Source: Octopus vulgaris (Eukaryota). From it: a DNA stretch of 64,000 nucleotides. Each line of letters begins with the position of its first letter. Position 1 is the first letter of the stretch. Location of the stretch: assembly GCA_951406725.2 (NCBI GenBank), contig OX597815.1:148490001-148554000 (forward strand), written 5' to 3'. Shown one piece after another: positions 59,127 to 64,000 of this stretch. The notes under the pieces were generated by a model, which saw only the letters and a program-made list of their open reading frames with translations, was not told the DNA's origin and made no database searches. Made by a program: the position numbers and the translations under genes.

Positions 59127-59313
59127 TTCATCATCAACATTTCTCTGCTGCTTCTCTTTACAATATTGTTCCATATCACCTACGGCTATGTATCATTTTG
59201 TCAGTATCTCTGTTTCTAATCCCTTTAATTCTCCGCCATGTTACAATTTCTGTCAGAATAAGAATTCCTTCGTTTCTCCCTTTCTTGTGTATATTGAATT
59301 TCTTTTTTTGATA

Positions 59314-59358
<45 letters not shown>

Positions 59359-59744
59359 CCGAGCATTAGCTAGCCCTTTAAATACATTTTCCGGACATTT
59401 CATCCCTTGCTGCCGGCTTTTATTCTTAATCTTCCTAGCTTTCTGATTGCTTCTTGACATTCGTTCAAGACCCCTCGTTATTCTTCTATTCTTCCCCCTT
59501 TCTACTCCTTTTACTTTACCTTAGATCCTACAATATTAGCATTTCTTACATACACATTCATGCCAATGTTTGAAGGCTCACCGCTACATGGGGTGAACTT
59601 TGGTTTTTCTTTGGAAATTAATATCTAATACCTAATTAACCTTATACTACTTAGATATTAGATGAATTACGTACCAAATATCGACATACTCTTCTCTTCT
59701 TATTCTTTCGAATTGCTAGAAATATCAGCTAAATATCGTTTGAA

Positions 59745-60148
59745 CGCGCATGGCTCGGTTGCTAGAGCGTAGAGCTTACGGTCGTGAGGTTGTGAGCTCG
59801 AATCTCGGACCGGGCTGCGTGTGTGAAGGTGCATGGCGCAGAGGTTAGATCGCTGATCTTACGATCGCGAGGTTGTGAGCTCGAATCCTGGACGGGGCTG
59901 CGTGTTGTGTTCTTGAGCAAGACACTTTATTTCAAGTTGCTCCAGTTCACTGAGCTGTAGAAATGAGTTGCGACGTCACAGGTGCCGATCTCTATCAGCC
60001 ATTGCCTTTCCCTTGGATAAAAATGATGACGTGGAGAGGGGAGGCTCTCTGTCTGTCTTCCATAAACAACCTTGCGCGGACTTGTGCCTGGGAGGGTAAT
60101 TTTCAAGGTGCAATCCCATGGTCTGTGTCGTGAACGAAGGGGGTCTCA
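59745..60148 (+). mobile_element. tRNA-derived SINE with duplicated head
   Basis: Two tandem heads, each ending GAGGTTGTGAGCTCGAATC..GGGCTGCGTGT, then core TGTTCTTGAGCAAGACACTT. Confidence 0.75.
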
Positions 60149-60889
60149 GATTGCTTTAAACACCGCTCAGAATAATTTTCCTTATATTCAAAATGATATG
60201 CTAGATTCTCTTTCTAGAAATCTTATCCCGTCAGCTTACAGAAAATGCTCGTGGATGCAGCGTATTTTCCGTATATCTTCTGTATAATAATAATCAATGC
60301 TTACTGATGAAATCCTTTTGATATATCCATTGACTGTTTAACTGACTTGATTTACCTAAGTTTTGTATTCTTCATTTATTTTCTTAAAAAAGTTAAGTTA
60401 ACGTATTAACTTTCGTAAAACTGACGTACATGACATGATGAAACGTGGGTTTAAATCAAAGGCTGAATACACCACTGAAATTTATATAACTCTCTATATC
60501 TAAAATGGCTCACAAGCATATTAATACAGGAAGTTATATTTTAGTTGTACTGAAAAATTACTCATGTATGGAAAAAGTTATCTTACTATAAAACAAGTTA
60601 GAGCTTCACTGAAAGTTTCCATGGAAGGACGCAAGGAAAAGTTTCAATGCGTTAACTATAAAAAATATAGCCGAAATCAGTACTTTTAGTTATGAATATA
60701 CATCGGTTTCAAATTGTGGCAAAGGCGAGCAAGTTTTAAGGAGGTTATTAGTCAATCACATCGACCCCAGTGATGAACTGGTACTTGAACTCAGAAACTA
60801 AAGACGGACAAAATGCTACTAAGCATTTTCCCCCTGTGTGCTATCAATTCTGCCAGCTCGCTTCCTTTATGAATATATATCAAATTATC

Positions 60890-61397
60890 TGTGAAGTATA
60901 TTTGCCATCTAAATATGGCTAACCACTAAGGGTGGATGTTACTATAGCTTGTAGCCCCAGGAGAACACCTTCTCCAGCTGGTTATTGACACACTTTCTGT
61001 GCCCCATCGGTATTTGCAAAGGGAGGTCATCCTTCCCTCGTCAACCTAAGTGATACACATGGACTGCAGTTTCTGGTAATATTGACCCGTCATCAGCGTA
61101 CGACAATCACCGGTTTTCGATGGAAGGGTCCCAATGCAAATACATATATCCTTTTTTCCACTGACTTTTCGTCACTGATCTTGAAAAAGTGTAAACAAGC
61201 AATAATAAATCTCTGAACGAGGTATAGACAGTAACCGCACGACAATGTGAAGTATATTTGCCATCTAAATATGGCTAATCACTAAGGGCTACAAGCTACA
61301 GTAACATCCACCCTTAGTGGCTAGCCATATTTAGATGGCAAATATACTTCACATTGTCGTGCAGTTAGTGTCTATAGCTCGTTCAGAGATTTATTAT
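60890..61397. repeat. Repeat with direct copy and 87-bp-arm palindrome (61202-61397)
   Basis: TGTGAAGTATATTTGCCATCTAAATATGGCTA occurs at 60890(+), 61246(+) and ~61322-61353(-). Confidence 0.88.
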
Positions 61398-62852
61398 CAA
61401 ATTATCACCGACGATATATATCTGATGTATAAATTTGTGATGCCTGATGTAGAAATATGTCATGTGTATCCGTGTATCCGTGGCATTACAACGCCTTTGA
61501 GAATTGAATATACATGTGCATCTGCGCTTGGACATAAATCTGAATCGGACGTGAGTGATAATATTAACGATAGACAGTGAAAATAAAAGTATGTGTTAGA
61601 AAAAAAAATATTTGTGAAGCTCACATCATCTTGAAAATTCTAGCTATTTATGTGTGAGGGATTCTGTTCATGGGACTTGTTTAGATATGCTTATACATGT
61701 ACACACACAAACATGCAGACACATGCATTCACACACACTTACACCCACACACATACACATAGACCCACACACTCACACACTCTTACATGCATGTATCTAT
61801 ATATTCACTGGAAATAATTTTTACGCCGACATTTCTACAGTATTTTCCCATTAATATTTTTATACTTCCTGCTTCGATTAGTATCATACGTTTGGATCAT
61901 CGATATTCTGAGAACCATTAATGCGTTATAATTCCGAATCTGTGCCTGCACTTTCCTTAGAATGACAACTGTGTGCCACGCAATCCTATATTCGGTGCCA
62001 TAAAAATACATGATTGATTCGCAGTTCGCCTCTTTTTTTCAAATCTTCTCACTGTCGCAAAATACATCAATATACGCCATTGGTATTATATAAATTACCA
62101 TGCAAGTATGAAATTTGCAAACTTCCTAAATCAGTGTGTACACTGACAGTACAAGTACATCACAGCATTGTAGTGAGATCATACATCAACAATGAGAAGC
62201 CTCAGCAACGAACTTAAATGGACCGCAAGCAACAAGGGATAAAAATTTAAGTCGGCAGCAATAAAAATATACAGAAATGCATAAATCACTAAAAATGAAA
62301 TAAACATTTTTCCGTTATCTAACACCCGAAGGTACAATAACGCATATATTTATGTATCATGCATGTGTGTGTATGTGAGGGAGAGAGAGAGAGAGAGAGA
62401 GGTAGAGAGAGAGAGAGCGTACATGAGTGAGTTTGTATGAAAAAATATGTGTAGATAGTGACTAATGTGGAATTTTGTTTATGATAATTACTATTTTCAA
62501 CAAATCACCTAACACTGAAACACTGCAATGGTGAAAAGATTACAGTGAGGCTAGCATCCATTAGCTATTAGATAAAAATGAGAAGACACGCTTCTATCTC
62601 TAGATGACGGAAGACATTTAACAACAATACACATAACAACGCACATCCACAAATGCATGAAATATCCTTTCATTCGCTGACCTGCACATCTATGGTATTA
62701 TCGTTGAAAAATGATGGAAGTTAAGTTAAATTGAACAGAAATATGAAACGAATAGACAAGGCGGTTTGTACTATAATCAAAATTTCTATACTATGAAGAT
62801 TTACAATATAAGTGTTTACGCGTGTACATATATGTTAGTCTGTCTGTAAACA

Positions 62853-62919
<67 letters not shown>

Positions 62920-62922
<3 letters not shown>

Positions 62923-63081
62923 ATAAAACGGTAAGATAACAAAAGAAAGAAAGAGACTTCAATATTATGTAAATAGAGGAAATTTATCTATACAATAATA
63001 TGTTACATTACTCGATAGTCAAGATAAAACTCTGAGTTTCAGATGCCGAAGTGGAAATCCACAACACCATCTCTTCGGTTA
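62920..63081 (-). mobile_element. Penelope-like pLTR fragment with HHR-like motif (63025-63081)
   Basis: Minus: TAA-CCGAAGA-GATG..GTGGA tt TCCAC..CATC-T-GAA-ACT cag AGT-T^-TTA; abuts (TA)n. Confidence 0.55.
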
Positions 63082-63440
63082 GAGCAGCGATTTTTAGTCG
63101 AGCAGATCGACCCCCAGGACTTATTCTTTGTAAGCCTGGTACTGATTCTATCGGTCTCTTTTGCCAAACCGCCAATTTATGGGGACGTAAACAGGACAAC
63201 ATCTGTTGGCAAGCGAAGGTGGGGACACAAACACACACACACACACACACACCCACATACACACAAACATATATATATATACATATACATATATATTAAC
63301 ATACATATATGTATTAACTGTTTTAAATAATACATGTAACTCCCACTAATTGCGTTGAGTTCTCCTAAATTATAGATTTGTTACCAAGTTTATGACAGAT
63401 TATGTATGTGTGTGTGTGTTTGTGTGTCTGTGTCTGTATA

Positions 63441-64000
63441 CAGGGGACAATAAGTAAATTGCCACCATTTTATATTTTAATGCGCATTGTATGTTTTTGG
63501 CTTTGTCGACTACACGGTTATAGTAGGTTCAGTTGGGTACCGTCTGCAAGGAAAAAAGCACCATGACACAATTCATTCTGCCAAAAATTTTGAAACGATA
63601 TGTTATACTGCTTGGCATTCGCACCGAAAGCTCTAATACGAAAATTTCAGAGTGTTTAGGTGCAAATCGCAGAACAATGAAGAGGATTCACAAAGAGTTA
63701 GATGTGTCTAATGGTGATTACGAAGATACCACAGCACGGAAAACTCCCTCTGATCGTTCTAAGAAGAAAAAAACTGCTGAATTTGTTGATGAGATCCAGT
63801 CCATGACAGACAACGATCCCTGCAAGTCGATCAGGCCCATCACCAGGGAATGCGAGTATCAGAGTTTATTTAGGCAGATAGTGCATGATGACATTCAGTA
63901 TTCCACATACCAGATGGTAAAGCGCCTATTTTATTCCAAACCATCAAGAATAAGAGGCAAGACCGCGCTACGAAACTTTTGAAGAAGCCCAAGCATCCCC
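63441..64000 (+). mobile_element. 5' part of a Tc1/mariner-superfamily transposon (HTH region), runs off the window
   Basis: TA|CAGGGG.. terminus; ORF 63533-63982 resembles the N-terminus of 46704-47897 (ISECL..KEL..K..S.RS..TAEF..IQ..DNDP.KS.R..VHDDIQY). Confidence 0.75.

Overview
AT-rich, microsatellite-dense eukaryotic DNA with no recognisable host exon. The repeat content (tRNA-derived SINEs, R4/Dong, CR1/L2-group LINEs, Penelope-like, Tc1/mariner, Chapaev3-like, Helitron) suggests an octopod cephalopod intron or intergenic region (inference). Nearly all ORF-track entries are microsatellite or antisense artefacts; the real coding signal is all transposon-derived and mostly disrupted. The most notable hidden layer is non-coding: at least nine hammerhead-ribozyme (HHR)-like motifs from about eight unrelated Penelope-like/retrozyme-like families, nearly all beside (TA)n or (TAA)n tracts. 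Two have an intact canonical core (11270-11316, 57439-57502). Two GIY-YIG-linked ones carry a compensatory U3:A8 core, and most have palindromic, dimer-type stem III. Also present: a head-to-tail Dong stack in a (TAA)n tract, a ~430-bp fold-back duplication of the target site at a LINE 5' junction, and several other fold-backs. All calls were made by eye without database searches; coordinates of degraded elements are approximate.
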